DNA of 64,000 nucleotides from Patescibacteria group bacterium (GCA_041648575.1 JBAZOT010000003.1:14895-78894), one strand, 5' to 3'; counted from the stretch's first letter, positions 20,801-31,843 are shown. Notes: generated by a model from the sequence alone, not told the origin. Made by a program: numbers and translations.

Positions 20801-20929
20801 AATTACAGTAGTTTTGCCCGTGCCAGCGCCAGCCACTATAAGAAGCGGCCCATCGCCATGCGTCACCGCCACTTTTTGTTCGGGATTTAAATCTTTGAGC
20901 AAATCATTGGTTCCTAACTTTTTCACCAT
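17897..20929 (-). CDS. UvrD/PcrA-type SF1 helicase fused to C-terminal PD-(D/E)XK (Cas4/AddB-like, Cys-containing) nuclease domain
   Basis: Walker A VAGAGTGKTTV. UvrD motifs through ...VITVHSAKGLEFKYVFIV. C-terminal YLKCPLEFKYRY...IDRMDV...DYKTG...CQYKF nuclease signature. Confidence 0.85.
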   Translation of the reverse strand: MVKKLGTNDLLKDLNPEQKVAVTHGDGPLLIVAGAGTGKTTVITRRIAWLIEQKKAKPNEILALTFTDKAAGEMEERVDKLLPLGYVNLWVSTFHSFAERVLKDYGLDIGLPGDFKLLNTTEQWLLVKQNLDKFDLDYYRPLGNSTKFVHALIKHFSRAKDEEVYPGDYLKLAESQRLNTGQSEFLKISKSKSTRKSKDVEKTESEIINEDENESVRLQEVARAYHVYQKLLLDNNALDFGDLINYCLKLFRTRLGVLKHFQKQFKYILIDEFQDTNYAQYELIKILAAPANNVTVVGDDDQSIFKFRGASISNILEFKKDYPQAKEILLITNYRSTQDILDLSYKFIQQNNPYRLEIKLSQGAKKLSKKLKAVSCESGNIELLTYSNLHQESFGVINKIVELKKIDSEATWDDFAILVRANASAEPFLQGLRKASIPFEYVASRGLYQEAIILDLMAYFKLLDNYHESQALYRILTTPWFKLPNSDLSSLLYFANRKALSLYEAINQSKTIPLSTEGQKIVENLLNFITKHSSFAREKTASETYLRVIRDIGVSDWLVQNQDNYEVIKQANYLTAFFKKTQEFELDNTDKSLNNFLNLFALELEAGEEGELPPAWEEGPEMVKVITVHSAKGLEFKYVFIVQLVDRRFPSTERREAIVLPTELIKEILPEGDVHLQEERRLFYVAMTRAKRSLYFTYALDYFGKQKRKPSQFLYELGLADKNVYDKSTVKDESMLDKKETSVKTRKVSYSIPEHFSFSSISSYLKCPLEFKYRYLLKIPTPGNAYLSFGSSMHKALEHFMKLWQSRLSSEQLGLFTAGSKTKGKIQLPTIKELENIYQEVWLDDWYESKQERENFKKRGLEQIKTFYDAIKNNPPQPKYIEQFFKIRFGDYKFVGKIDRMDVTVGGVNIIDYKTGENPPKNLAKVDKDQLLIYQLAAQEFLQEKVVNCQYWYLNKNVWSDPFLGAAEELEDLQARYLEVIEQIIESIKQDNFSEIHKDGGHDCQYKFLI

Positions 20930-20948
20930 AACTTTAGTTTATCAATCA

Positions 20949-20977
20949 TTGACAAATTAGACTAGATGGTGTAAAAT
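20949..20977 (+). promoter_or_regulatory. sigma70-like promoter (TTGACA-17-TAAAAT) for the small membrane-protein gene
   Basis: Hexamers read directly. Implies the true start of the downstream ORF is the ATG at 21037, preceded by GAAAGGAAAA. Confidence 0.5.
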
Positions 20978-21036
20978 GTTTTTACAAAAAACAAAGTATT
21001 ATTTACAATATCTAAATATAGAAAGGAAAACTGCAA

Positions 21037-21263
21037 TGATAAATACATCTGGTTGCTCAATGGCCGTTATTGTTGGTATATGTCTAATACTTATGGCTGA
21101 TTTTATTGCACTTATGGGTGCGATCCCACAATATAACTCCATGATTATAATACTCGCGATTGTAATAATGGCAATGGGAATTTTGACACTTAGTATTTCC
21201 GCGTATTTTTGGTTAAATAGACTTGACCATAATCAGGGGGAAATATTGAAAAAATTAAAATAA
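21037..21263 (+). CDS. small membrane protein (2 TM), unknown function
   Basis: ORF track 20976-21263. The internal ATG at 21037 with an RBS is more likely. Hydrophobic. Confidence 0.45.
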
Positions 21264-21379
21264 CTAAATTAAACACAAACGATTTGACGCTGACAAAAAA
21301 AATTGCCGGCGTTTTTTATAAAATTTAAAAAGTGACCCATAATATTTATGAGCCACTTCATGTTAGATAAATCTCTGTT

Positions 21380-21904
21380 TTACATCTTTACAATATACTG
21401 ACGCCGTTTGCTACCACTGAAAACATGTAATATTGGAATAACTTCCAATAATTCTCCTTGCTGTGGTGGAAATTTTTTTTCACTATAAGATGAAAACAAG
21501 GCTTTGGTCACAAAATATGCTTCGCGTAGCATTAATAATAACTTATCAACACTAATATCTTTAACTCTAGCCCAAGCGCAAGGGTAATGAACTCCAAGAA
21601 CAATTGTATGAATATCCTTCATTATTGCGCCATCTACTAATTGCTTTAATAAAGCAACGCGCAACGGATTATCAAGTTCATCAATACCTAGAACCGCAGC
21701 ACCACCATGATGAGAAAAAATATGAATTCGTTTGTTAAATTGATGATGGTGTGTTATCCAATCATGTGAATGATCACCGTCAGAACAGATAATAAGTTCA
21801 ATTCCGTCTGCACGAGTTAAACTTGAGGAATCAACATCAAGTAGCAGACCGGCTTTTCGCCAAGATGCAATACGTTGAATATCTTCTTTATTAATATCTA
21901 CCAT
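21380..21904 (-). CDS. hypothetical His/Cys-rich protein (possible metal-dependent hydrolase or beta-carbonic-anhydrase-like)
   Basis: ICSDGDHSHDWITHHH, SHHGG, VLGVHYPCAW clusters. No confident family assignment. Confidence 0.4.
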   Translation of the reverse strand: MVDINKEDIQRIASWRKAGLLLDVDSSSLTRADGIELIICSDGDHSHDWITHHHQFNKRIHIFSHHGGAAVLGIDELDNPLRVALLKQLVDGAIMKDIHTIVLGVHYPCAWARVKDISVDKLLLMLREAYFVTKALFSSYSEKKFPPQQGELLEVIPILHVFSGSKRRQYIVKM

Positions 21905-22022
21905 ATTTTTTTCCTTTGATTAATTTATTTATAAAGAACAACATTTTTTAATACTTTATAATATATTAGTAATCAAAAAATGTCAAGAGTAAAAATATTT
22001 AACTGATTATAAATTCTATTTA

Positions 22023-22472
22023 TTATTCTTCAATTCTTGGCCCCAGTGGCTTACGGTCGCGTCTTTTGCGAACTACCTTAAGCCGAGCTAATTCTTTTTC
22101 CAACTTAGCTGCCAAAGCTGTGTAATCAACTGCCTCAACCTGTTTTTTCTCCATTAAATCCTTGGCTCTTTGTCGCGCTTCTTCTGCTCTAATTTCATCA
22201 ATTTCTTCTGCTCGTTCTGCTGTATCTGCCAGCACCACGACTTTACCAGGTCTAACCTCAATAAATCCACCAGAAACTGCCATAGAAATTTCTTCATTGC
22301 CAATCTTTACTCTGACTTCTCCAGGAACTAATGAAGATACCAAAGGAAGATGATTTGGCAAAACAGTAATCTCGCCCATTTTAGTCGGCAGAGTAATTGA
22401 TTCCACATTTGGCGCGTCAAACACCACGCGTTCGGGGGTGGCTATTTGAAAATGAAGATTTTTTTCAGACAT
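22023..22472 (-). CDS. atpC: F0F1 ATP synthase subunit epsilon
   Basis: HFQIATPERVVFDAPNVESITLPTKMGEITVLPNHLPLVSSL. Confidence 0.9.
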   Translation of the reverse strand: MSEKNLHFQIATPERVVFDAPNVESITLPTKMGEITVLPNHLPLVSSLVPGEVRVKIGNEEISMAVSGGFIEVRPGKVVVLADTAERAEEIDEIRAEEARQRAKDLMEKKQVEAVDYTALAAKLEKELARLKVVRKRRDRKPLGPRIEE

Positions 22473-22492
22473 AAATTTTAAACACTTAGAAT

Positions 22493-23899
<1,407 letters not shown>

Positions 23900-24022
23900 T
23901 TAATAGTTGATAGTTATTAGTAATAAATTTAAGCTATTGACAGATTAATAAGTTTATATTAAGGTTAGATAAAATTCAAGATAAATAATTAATTAAAATT
24001 GTAAATTTCTAAGGAGTAAAAA

Positions 24023-24220
24023 ATGATTATCTATATCTACGACATATTAACCCCTGATGACCTAACCATCACTGAACTTAGAGAATTAATGAATCATTAT
24101 GGCCAAAAAGGAATTAAAGTCAAAGTGCTACACATAGAAAAAATTCGGGGGGGAATTGTACAAAATTGCGGTAATATTATTTTACAAACAACACAAGAAG
24201 TGGCTACCATCCAAAAATAA
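24023..24220 (+). CDS. small hypothetical protein (65 aa) encoded antisense inside the atp operon gap
   Basis: Strong RBS TAAGGAGTAAAAA before ATG. Weak hairpin plus T-tract downstream (24258-24300). Confidence 0.4.
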   Translation: MIIYIYDILTPDDLTITELRELMNHYGQKGIKVKVLHIEKIRGGIVQNCGNIILQTTQEVATIQK

Positions 24221-24324
24221 AATACTCCTGTCAAATATCAATTTATTCGTTTCTTCAACTCCAGCGATGAATACATCAACGGAGTTTTTTATTTTCTTAA
24301 AATTACAGTTTTTATTTTTTCTGG

Positions 24325-24385
24325 ATTCCCCCACTACGCGGGGCAAGCCGCTGGAGTTTATCCCCGCGTAGGCGGGGACGGGAAT
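24325..24385. repeat. GC-rich imperfect palindrome; one arm resembles a type I-E CRISPR repeat (CCCCGC-CTAC-GCGGGG-ATAAAC, minus-strand reading)
   Basis: Arms ATTCCCCCACTACGCGGGG and CCCCGCGTAGGCGGGGACGGGAAT separated by 18 nt. No spacer-repeat periodicity, so not an array. Confidence 0.5.
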
Positions 24386-24427
24386 GACGTTTTTAAATCT
24401 TACTCTATACTCTTACTCTTACTTAAT

Positions 24428-25369
24428 TCATCCTTCCACCGCTACACGGCCGCCAGTGATATCTGCTAATTCCGTGGTAATTGAAGCTTGGCGCGCCTGG
24501 TTATAAGTTAGGGTTAATGAGGAAACCATATCGTCCGCTGCGTCAGAGGCATTGCGCATAGCCAACATTCTGGCTGAATGCTCCGAAGCATCAGATTCTA
24601 AAAGAGCTTGGTAAATTTGCACCTCAAGCAACCTGGGGAGCAAATCTTCCAGTACCTGATCTGGTGTTGGTTCAAATAAATATTCGTAATTATATAAATA
24701 CGACGGCTGGTACTTTTCTGACTGATTTGGTTTATCTTGATCCGGTATGCGCGCTTGACCTAAATCAGCATCTGCTTCAATTTCTATTGGCAGTAATTGT
24801 TTAATACGTGGTTTTTGTGCCATGGGAGAAATAAAATCCGTATATGCCATTACCACGCGATCATAATAACCACGCAAATAATCATCAATTAATAATTTGG
24901 CAATCGGAGTTACCTCGTCAATTCTGGTGGTAATGTCAGCTTTGGTAAACTCTGCCATGATAGTATGACCATGTCTAAACATAATGTCGCGACCACGCTT
25001 TCCTACAGCCACTAAATCAGCCTCTAGCTCAACCTGCTGACTGCGATGGCGTTCAATATATAAATTTGCTCTATTAGCCAACTGATGATTAAATCCACCG
25101 CATAATCCACGATTAGATGTAACTATCACCAACCCAATATGTTTGGTGGTTTCTCGACGATGCAATAACGGGTGGTGGGCAGGATCGGTGCGCCTAACTA
25201 GCTCCTGCAGCATTTCCCAGCCCAAATTAGCATAAGTACGCGTAGCTAAAACATTGGCTACTGCTTTTCTCATTTTAGCAGCCGACACCATTTCCATTGC
25301 TCGAGTTATTTGATTGGTGTTTTTTATGGAGCGTATTCGCCTTTTTATTTCGCGAGTAGCCTGGGGCAT
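24428..25369 (-). CDS. atpG: F0F1 ATP synthase subunit gamma
   Basis: REIKRRIRSIKNTNQITRAMEMVSAAKMRKA. Confidence 0.95.
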   Translation of the reverse strand: MPQATREIKRRIRSIKNTNQITRAMEMVSAAKMRKAVANVLATRTYANLGWEMLQELVRRTDPAHHPLLHRRETTKHIGLVIVTSNRGLCGGFNHQLANRANLYIERHRSQQVELEADLVAVGKRGRDIMFRHGHTIMAEFTKADITTRIDEVTPIAKLLIDDYLRGYYDRVVMAYTDFISPMAQKPRIKQLLPIEIEADADLGQARIPDQDKPNQSEKYQPSYLYNYEYLFEPTPDQVLEDLLPRLLEVQIYQALLESDASEHSARMLAMRNASDAADDMVSSLTLTYNQARQASITTELADITGGRVAVEG

Positions 25370-25404
25370 ATTAAAAATTTAAAATTTAAAAATCAAAATG
25401 AAAA

Positions 25405-26907
25405 CTAAACTATCATTTTTTTAACCTCTTCAACTGCTGTCTTAATTGCTTGTTCAATTTCTGGAGTTAATTCTTTTTTATCAGCAATCTGTTTTAATAC
25501 CGGCTGTCCTTTTAGATAATGATGGAATTTCTTTTCAAAATCAGAAATTTTCTCGACTGCTACATCATCCAGTAAACCATTAACTACCGAGTACAATATG
25601 GCGATTTGATTTGTAACGGACAAAGGTTCATACTGGCCTTGTTTTAAAATTTCAGTAATACGCTTACCTCGCTCTAATTGTTTCTTAGTTGTTTCGTCTA
25701 AATCAGAACCAAACTGGGCAAAAGCGGCGAGCTCTCTGTATTGGGCCACATCCAAACGCAATTTTCCAGCAACTTTTTTCATCGCCTTAACCTGTGCTTT
25801 TGAGCCAACGCGCGATACTGATAACCCCACATTAACTGCTGGCCTAATACCCTGATAAAATAAATCGCTTTCTAAATAGATCTGACCATCGGTAATGGAA
25901 ATAACATTAGTGGGAATATAAGCTGATACGTCGCCAGCTTGCGTTTCAATAATCGGCAAAGCTGTTAAACTTCCACCGCCATAATCTTTGTTGAGCTTAG
26001 CGGAACGTTCCAGTAACCGGGAATGTAAATAAAAAATATCTCCCGGATATGCCTCACGTCCTGGTGGCCTCCTTAGTAATAAAGAAATCTGCCTGTAGGC
26101 CACTGCATGTTTGGATAAATCATCATAAATCAACAACACATCTTTACCTTTATCCATAAAATATTCTCCCATTGCACATCCGGAGTATGGCGCTAAAAAC
26201 GTTAACGCCGCCGGATCCGAAGCACCAGCTACCACCACAGTGGTATAATCCATGGCGCCGAATTCCTGTAACTTGGCAACAATTTTTGCCACTTTTGATT
26301 CTTTTTGTCCAATGGCAACATAAACACAAAATACCTCCTGACCTTTTTGATTAATAATCGTATCAACCGCCAAAGCAGTTTTACCGGTTTGCCGGTCACC
26401 AATAATAAGCTCGCGCTGCCCGCGACCAATGGGAATCATTGAATCAATTGCTTTAATACCGGTTTGCAACGGGGTGTCGACTGATTGCCTAGTAATAACA
26501 CGTGGAGCAATTTTTTCTACTGGATAAAAAGTTTCAGCTTTAACTGGGCCTTTACCATCTAGTGGTTCGCCCAAGGGATCAACTACGCGACCGACAATTC
26601 CCTTGCCAGTAGGAACAGATAATATACGGCCAGTGGTTTTTACTGTGTCTCCTTGTTTAATCTCCACATAGTCCCCTAAAATCATGACTCCGACCATTGC
26701 TTCTTCTAAATTTAAAGCCACACCAAAAATTCCTTTGGGAAATTCAACCATTTCGCCTGATTGTACCGTCGCTAAACCAGAAATTTTAGCAATACCATCG
26801 CCTACCTCCACTACTGTACCGATTTTTTCGCCTGTTACCTTTCCTTCAAAATCAGCTAATTTGCTGGTTAATGATTTTAATAAACTTTCTTTGGTAATTT
26901 CAGTCAT
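25405..26907 (-). CDS. atpA: F0F1 ATP synthase subunit alpha
   Basis: GDRQTGKTA Walker A. Alpha-subunit signature. Confidence 0.97.
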   Translation of the reverse strand: MTEITKESLLKSLTSKLADFEGKVTGEKIGTVVEVGDGIAKISGLATVQSGEMVEFPKGIFGVALNLEEAMVGVMILGDYVEIKQGDTVKTTGRILSVPTGKGIVGRVVDPLGEPLDGKGPVKAETFYPVEKIAPRVITRQSVDTPLQTGIKAIDSMIPIGRGQRELIIGDRQTGKTALAVDTIINQKGQEVFCVYVAIGQKESKVAKIVAKLQEFGAMDYTTVVVAGASDPAALTFLAPYSGCAMGEYFMDKGKDVLLIYDDLSKHAVAYRQISLLLRRPPGREAYPGDIFYLHSRLLERSAKLNKDYGGGSLTALPIIETQAGDVSAYIPTNVISITDGQIYLESDLFYQGIRPAVNVGLSVSRVGSKAQVKAMKKVAGKLRLDVAQYRELAAFAQFGSDLDETTKKQLERGKRITEILKQGQYEPLSVTNQIAILYSVVNGLLDDVAVEKISDFEKKFHHYLKGQPVLKQIADKKELTPEIEQAIKTAVEEVKKMIV

Positions 26908-26931
26908 ATAAGCTATTTAAAAAATTAATTT

Positions 26932-27327
26932 CTAATTTGTTAATTGATAATATAATTTGTCCAGCTTTCCTTTAACGCTAAAATCGAACCGTTCGCCATC
27001 TATAACTACCACTACTCCACCCAGCAAATGTGGCTTAACCTGCCATTCAACAGTAAATTCTCCCGGAACAGATTTTTTCAAGCTACTTACTAAGCCTTTT
27101 TGCTCTTGAGTATTAAGCTCCCTGCCGGTGGTAATTAATATTTGATGTTCCTGAGTTAAAGAATGCCAAACATCGTTAACCTCCTGAACAATTCTCTTGC
27201 GCCAAACAAAATGCTTGTTTTTTAGAACTTGTTGCCATAAACAGTCAATAATTTTATCTTTATTTGCTGGCTGCCGCAAGACATCGGAGATTAATTGTTT
27301 AGCGTAATAGCGAGGACTTATTTTCAT
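26932..27327 (-). CDS. atpH: F0F1 ATP synthase subunit delta (OSCP), short form
   Basis: Position between atpF and atpA. 131 aa with delta-like C-terminal region. Confidence 0.7.
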   Translation of the reverse strand: MKISPRYYAKQLISDVLRQPANKDKIIDCLWQQVLKNKHFVWRKRIVQEVNDVWHSLTQEHQILITTGRELNTQEQKGLVSSLKKSVPGEFTVEWQVKPHLLGGVVVVIDGERFDFSVKGKLDKLYYQLTN

Positions 27328-27329
27328 AA

Positions 27330-27845
27330 TTATTTTTTGTGATTACGATTAGTTATTTCTTGCATTGCTTCATCAATCACTTTTTTGTCTAAAGTAGGAG
27401 TTGTTACTTTACCTAAAACTTTAGCCACTGCTTGGACCACTAAACTAGAGGCCTGCTTTTTAACTTCATTTAACATCTCTTCTTTCTCCACTATAAATTT
27501 TTGACGTGTCTCCTGAACCACTCGTTCTGCTTCGGTACGTACTTTTTGCAACGTTTCCTGACGCTGGACTTCGCTTCTGGCTTCACCCTGGCGCTGAATT
27601 TCTTCCGACTGTTTTCTAGCCTCAGTTAAAACCTCTTCTCGAGTTATGGTTAATTGCTTCATTTCTTGTTCAATCCGTTTGGCGTCGGCTAGACTTTTTT
27701 CTATTTCCTTGGTCCGACTGTCCATAGTTTTCATTAATGGTTTAAGTGCAAATTTCCACAATACTCCTATTACAATACCGAAATTGATTAATTGGGCAAT
27801 CATTAATTTCCAATCAACGTGAAATGTATTTATAAAATCTTCCAT
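27330..27845 (-). CDS. atpF: F0F1 ATP synthase subunit b
   Basis: N-terminal TM helix then long charged coiled coil. Confidence 0.85.
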   Translation of the reverse strand: MEDFINTFHVDWKLMIAQLINFGIVIGVLWKFALKPLMKTMDSRTKEIEKSLADAKRIEQEMKQLTITREEVLTEARKQSEEIQRQGEARSEVQRQETLQKVRTEAERVVQETRQKFIVEKEEMLNEVKKQASSLVVQAVAKVLGKVTTPTLDKKVIDEAMQEITNRNHKK

Positions 27846-27916
27846 AAATATTAATTAAAAATAATCATTTTTCGGCAGAAGGCTTGCGTTTTTCAAACCT
27901 TCTGAATGAAAAACAA

Positions 27917-28174
<258 letters not shown>

Positions 28175-28223
28175 TTATTATTTAACGTCACCAGCAAATA
28201 CTCAGTTAATTAATAAATGCAAA

Positions 28224-29153
28224 TTAATGTTCCTCTGCTGTCGAAGCAACAGAAAAATAAACTAAAGTTAGCATGGCAAAAATCAACGCCTGAACAACAC
28301 CCACTATTACTTCTAAAAACATGAAGGGTATAGGCAAGACAAAAGCAAAAATTACGGCAATTGATGCTAATAATACTTCACCTGCAAAAATATTACCAAA
28401 TAATCGAAAAGATAGTGAAGCGACTTTGGCCGCTTCTCCAATAATTTCAATCAAACCAACAAAAAATTTTACTGGACTGATAAAAATTACTGCCGGCTCT
28501 TTAATTATTTTCTTTGGTATATTTATTAATTCCTTAATGTTAATAAACTTATTAAAATATTTCCAAATGCCTACTGAAATAACGCCAAAAAGATTTGAAC
28601 CAATCACCGCCATCACTGCCAAAACAAAAGTAGTGTTGAAATCTGCGGTAGCGCCACGTAACAATGGAACAAAAACTTGGTGTCCGCTCTCAACCTCTAT
28701 AAAACCAACCGACCCAACTCCTGGTAACAATCCTAACCAATTATTCAATAGAATAAAAATAAAAATCACAAAAACAAAGGGAAAAATTTTAAGAGATTTT
28801 TTTCGATCACCGGTAACTTGGTCAGCCAACCCTAATGACCCTTCAATAATAGTTTCCAACGCAGTTTGCAACCGCGAGGGAATTCTGGTTATTCTTTTGC
28901 TAATTACCATAGCAAATAAAACCAAAATCACCACTACCAACCAAGAATTAATTAATGAATTAGTAACTGTAAAATTGCCAATGTGAAAAATCGGTTCTGA
29001 ATACAAAGTAACTTCGTGAGTTACCTGCTGTTCTATATTTTCTTCATTAATCAAGGTAGTTTCATTATTAACTGGTAATTGAAGATTATTGGTTTCTTCT
29101 GCTAACATCATTAGTGGTCTTTCTTTGACGCGCTTCTTTGTCTGCTTCCGCAA
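28224..29153 (-). CDS. atpB: F0F1 ATP synthase subunit a
   Basis: Polytopic. C-terminal ...SLSFRLFGNIFAGEVLL with the essential Arg. The true start is probably internal (MMLAEE...). Confidence 0.9.
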   Translation of the reverse strand: MRKQTKKRVKERPLMMLAEETNNLQLPVNNETTLINEENIEQQVTHEVTLYSEPIFHIGNFTVTNSLINSWLVVVILVLFAMVISKRITRIPSRLQTALETIIEGSLGLADQVTGDRKKSLKIFPFVFVIFIFILLNNWLGLLPGVGSVGFIEVESGHQVFVPLLRGATADFNTTFVLAVMAVIGSNLFGVISVGIWKYFNKFINIKELINIPKKIIKEPAVIFISPVKFFVGLIEIIGEAAKVASLSFRLFGNIFAGEVLLASIAVIFAFVLPIPFMFLEVIVGVVQALIFAMLTLVYFSVASTAEEH

Positions 29154-29367
29154 TATATCTGGAAGCGATGCGAGTTATAGACAAGGTAGCAACAACAATT
29201 CCTAAACTTAATAAAATTAAAGTATACAGAGGTTCGCTATTATATATTTTATCCAAAATCCTGCCGCCATAAAGCGCCGCGATTATAGGCACCACAATTA
29301 ACCCAGTTACTTCCGAAAAAAGCGCCAGGGCTTGGTGCCACCACTGGTTATTTTTTTGCTCAATCAT
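29086..29367 (-). CDS. AtpI/AtpZ-like small membrane protein preceding atpB
   Basis: 93 aa, two TM helices, position 5' of atpB. Confidence 0.55.
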   Translation of the reverse strand: MIEQKNNQWWHQALALFSEVTGLIVVPIIAALYGGRILDKIYNSEPLYTLILLSLGIVVATLSITRIASRYIAEADKEARQRKTTNDVSRRNQ

Positions 29368-29602
29368 AGCTTTATTTTACCCCTAGACGCTCCTTTTGGA
29401 CAGCGCAATCTAAAGCATTGATTATTAACTCGCTCGGACTAAATAAACTTATGATGATAAATAAAAAGGGCAGTGGTAAAACCTCAAGCGAGTATTATAA
29501 CCATTTTTTATGATTACGTCAATGGTTAATAAATTTTTTGGCTAAAATTAGATAAAAAACAAATATAACTCTAATTTTTAAGAGTTTTTTATCTATTATA
29601 AT

Positions 29603-30649
29603 TTATTCATCCTCGTTCTTCGGCTTATCTAAAACTAATGGTTCAATCTCGGCCGCCGTTCCAGAAATTCTTAGCACATCCTTATCTATCTTCCCCAATT
29701 CTTTATAAGCAATATTGTAAGTACTAACAGTTGTTCCTAAATGCCCACCCAACTTTTTCATATACTCTTCGTAACTGGCAATATGTCTCCCTAACGCTTC
29801 TACGTTTTTTCTAATCTCTTTAGCCGATTCTTCTATTTGTAAAGCTTTCAAACCCTGCAGCACAGTTTGTAAATATGCCAAAAAAGAAGTTGGCGAAACT
29901 ATAATCACATGTTTTTCTTTAAACGCATACTCAATTAAATCACGGGTATTAACTTTTACCGCGCCAACCTGTGTCACTAACAAATCATAATAAATTGCCT
30001 CATGCGGAATAAACATAAAAGCAAACTCCATGGTTTTTTCAGCTGGTTTTACGTATTTTGAAGTTTCATCAATTCGCGCCTTTAAATCAGCTTTAAAGGT
30101 TTTTTCTAACCGCTCGCGTTCTACTGGATCTCTTTCTTCAGCTAAACGATTATAATTTTCCAGAGAAAACTTAGAATCAATGGGAATAATTTTGTCTTTT
30201 ACAAAAACTACTGCGTCTACAATCGTACCGTCTTTAAATTCATATTGCATCTGGTAACTGCCAGTTGGTAAAACATTTTTTAATAAAGTCTCTAAATAAT
30301 ATTCACCCAATATTCCCCGCTGCTTTGGATTTTTCAAAATATCTTGTAAACTTTGCAGCTGATCAGCAAAATTAACCACCTGCTTGTTGGTTTCATCCAG
30401 CTTAGTCAGACGCTCGGTTACATCCCGTATTATTTTAGCTGACTCCCCAAACTGCTGTTGCATAGCCTTGGTTGATTCGCCCAATTTATTATCCAAAGTT
30501 CTGGTAATCTCATTTAGCTGGTTTTGGAGCATTAATAAACTATTTGCATCGGGTGCTGAACCAGTAGAAATGCGCGATTTCAATAATAAAAACAAGACGA
30601 CAAACCCTACTAGCACGACAATTAAAAGTATAATAAATTCTATACTCAT
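29603..30649 (-). CDS. rmuC: DNA recombination protein RmuC family
   Basis: N-terminal TM, coiled coil, C-terminal ...EFAFMFIPHEAIYYDLL... RmuC nuclease-like core. Confidence 0.75.
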   Translation of the reverse strand: MSIEFIILLIVVLVGFVVLFLLLKSRISTGSAPDANSLLMLQNQLNEITRTLDNKLGESTKAMQQQFGESAKIIRDVTERLTKLDETNKQVVNFADQLQSLQDILKNPKQRGILGEYYLETLLKNVLPTGSYQMQYEFKDGTIVDAVVFVKDKIIPIDSKFSLENYNRLAEERDPVERERLEKTFKADLKARIDETSKYVKPAEKTMEFAFMFIPHEAIYYDLLVTQVGAVKVNTRDLIEYAFKEKHVIIVSPTSFLAYLQTVLQGLKALQIEESAKEIRKNVEALGRHIASYEEYMKKLGGHLGTTVSTYNIAYKELGKIDKDVLRISGTAAEIEPLVLDKPKNEDE

Positions 30650-30777
30650 AGAATTATTATAACAGAACTTCGTTCTTTTGCCAGGATCTTATTTACTATA
30701 AAAATTGTGTTATACTTAAAGTAAATCTAACAAAAAGTGCCATTTTACAAATCAATACCCCTGAAAGGAGTAACGCC

Positions 30778-31488
30778 ATGACTAAAGCTCTGACTTTTAA
30801 TCGTACTACTTTTCCCCTTCTTTACCGTCGCTATTTAAGTATTGCTTTAACTATAGCAATCTTTGTACATCTTGCGGTAATTGCTGTTTATTATATTGTC
30901 TCGTCATTTACCGTTGAAGAGTCAATAGTAATGGTCAGACTAACAAAATATATCGACCTACCACCTCCACCATCAATAGATCAGGCTAATAATCCACCAA
31001 TAGTTAACTTTAATATACAAGCAACAATTGGAAAAGGGATACCCGTCCCTGTGCTTGACGCAGAAGTCAATCCCGATCAAACCATTGCTTCACAAACAGA
31101 ACTATCACAGCAAGCTAACGCCACCAGTAATATTTTAAATACTCAATCAAATGTAGAATTTATTCTTGACCAAAAAATTAATATTGAAGACGAGGAACCT
31201 CCTGATTTTGTGCCAGTAGAGAAACAACCTGTGCCTGTTAAGACTCAACAACCAGCATATCCTGAAATTGCCAGACGAGCTGGTGTGGAAGGAACTGTTT
31301 GGGTAAAAATTCTTATAGATAAAGAAGGTAAAGCTAAGAAAGCGGTAATTATTAAAAGCGATGCAGAGATATTTAATGAAGCGGCAATTCAGGCTGCACT
31401 GCAATGGGTGTTTACGCCCGCTATGATGAATAATGGTCCAGTTCAAGTATGGGCCGCTGTTCCTTTTCGTTTTAAATTAAATAAATAA
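30778..31488 (+). CDS. TonB C-terminal-domain protein (energy transducer TonB-like), N-terminal TM anchor
   Basis: Proline-rich linker. C-terminal ...PAYPEIARRAGVEGTVWVKILIDKEGKAKKAVIIKSDAEIFNEAAIQAALQWVFTPAMMNNGPV. Confidence 0.8.
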   Translation: MTKALTFNRTTFPLLYRRYLSIALTIAIFVHLAVIAVYYIVSSFTVEESIVMVRLTKYIDLPPPPSIDQANNPPIVNFNIQATIGKGIPVPVLDAEVNPDQTIASQTELSQQANATSNILNTQSNVEFILDQKINIEDEEPPDFVPVEKQPVPVKTQQPAYPEIARRAGVEGTVWVKILIDKEGKAKKAVIIKSDAEIFNEAAIQAALQWVFTPAMMNNGPVQVWAAVPFRFKLNK

Positions 31489-31526
31489 AAAAACTGCTTT
31501 GACAACATCAACTCAATAAACAAAAC

Positions 31527-31560
31527 AATCCCGTGTATTCCATCACGGGATTTTAATTTA
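31527..31560 (+). terminator. rho-independent terminator of the TonB-like gene
   Basis: AATCCCGTG-tattccat-CACGGGATT followed by TTTAATTT. Confidence 0.8.
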
Positions 31561-31591
31561 CCAAATAAATGTAATAATCCGAGTCGACAAC

Positions 31592-31629
31592 TAGTCATTT
31601 TTATGTCTGGCCAGACATAAAAATGACTA
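31592..31629. repeat. Perfect 38-bp palindrome (a): TAGTCATTTTTATGTCTGG|CCAGACATAAAAATGACTA
   Basis: Perfect dyad, read directly. Shares the outer arms CAACTAGTCATTT...AAATGACTA with palindrome (b) at 32712-32749. Confidence 0.85.
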
Positions 31630-31776
31630 TCCCAATTTAAAGGGGAAATGGAGAAAATTTTTGGAATAAAATACATTCGAACCGCCACGCGATTTTAAAT
31701 ACCAAAAAAGGGCCACAAAACCAACTAAAACTATTATGATTAAAAATATAAATTCCGTATTCATAACACCATTCTA

Positions 31777-31815
31777 GCAAAAAAGAAAGGGTCTGGAAAT
31801 ACAATCCCAGACCCC
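31777..31815 (-). terminator. rho-independent terminator of the Cys-rich secreted-protein gene
   Basis: Minus strand: GGGTCTGG-gattgtattt-CCAGACCC followed by TTTCTTTTTTG. Confidence 0.75.
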
Positions 31816-31843
31816 ATGAAACTACTATCTAATGGCCTTAGTG

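Noticed and set aside
24325-24385. Type I-E-like CRISPR repeat sequence: is there a CRISPR array here?
   Set aside because: There is only a single palindromic unit (two inverted half-copies 18 nt apart). It has no repeat-spacer periodicity and no cas genes in the window, so it is reported as a repeat/hairpin of interest, not a CRISPR array.
28321-28986. Plus-strand 221-aa ORF.
   Set aside because: Antisense shadow of atpB (subunit a), which has clear family motifs on the minus strand.
31147-31688. Two minus-strand ORFs (99 aa and 81 aa).
   Set aside because: Antisense to the TonB-like gene and its terminator region. No RBS. Low-complexity products.
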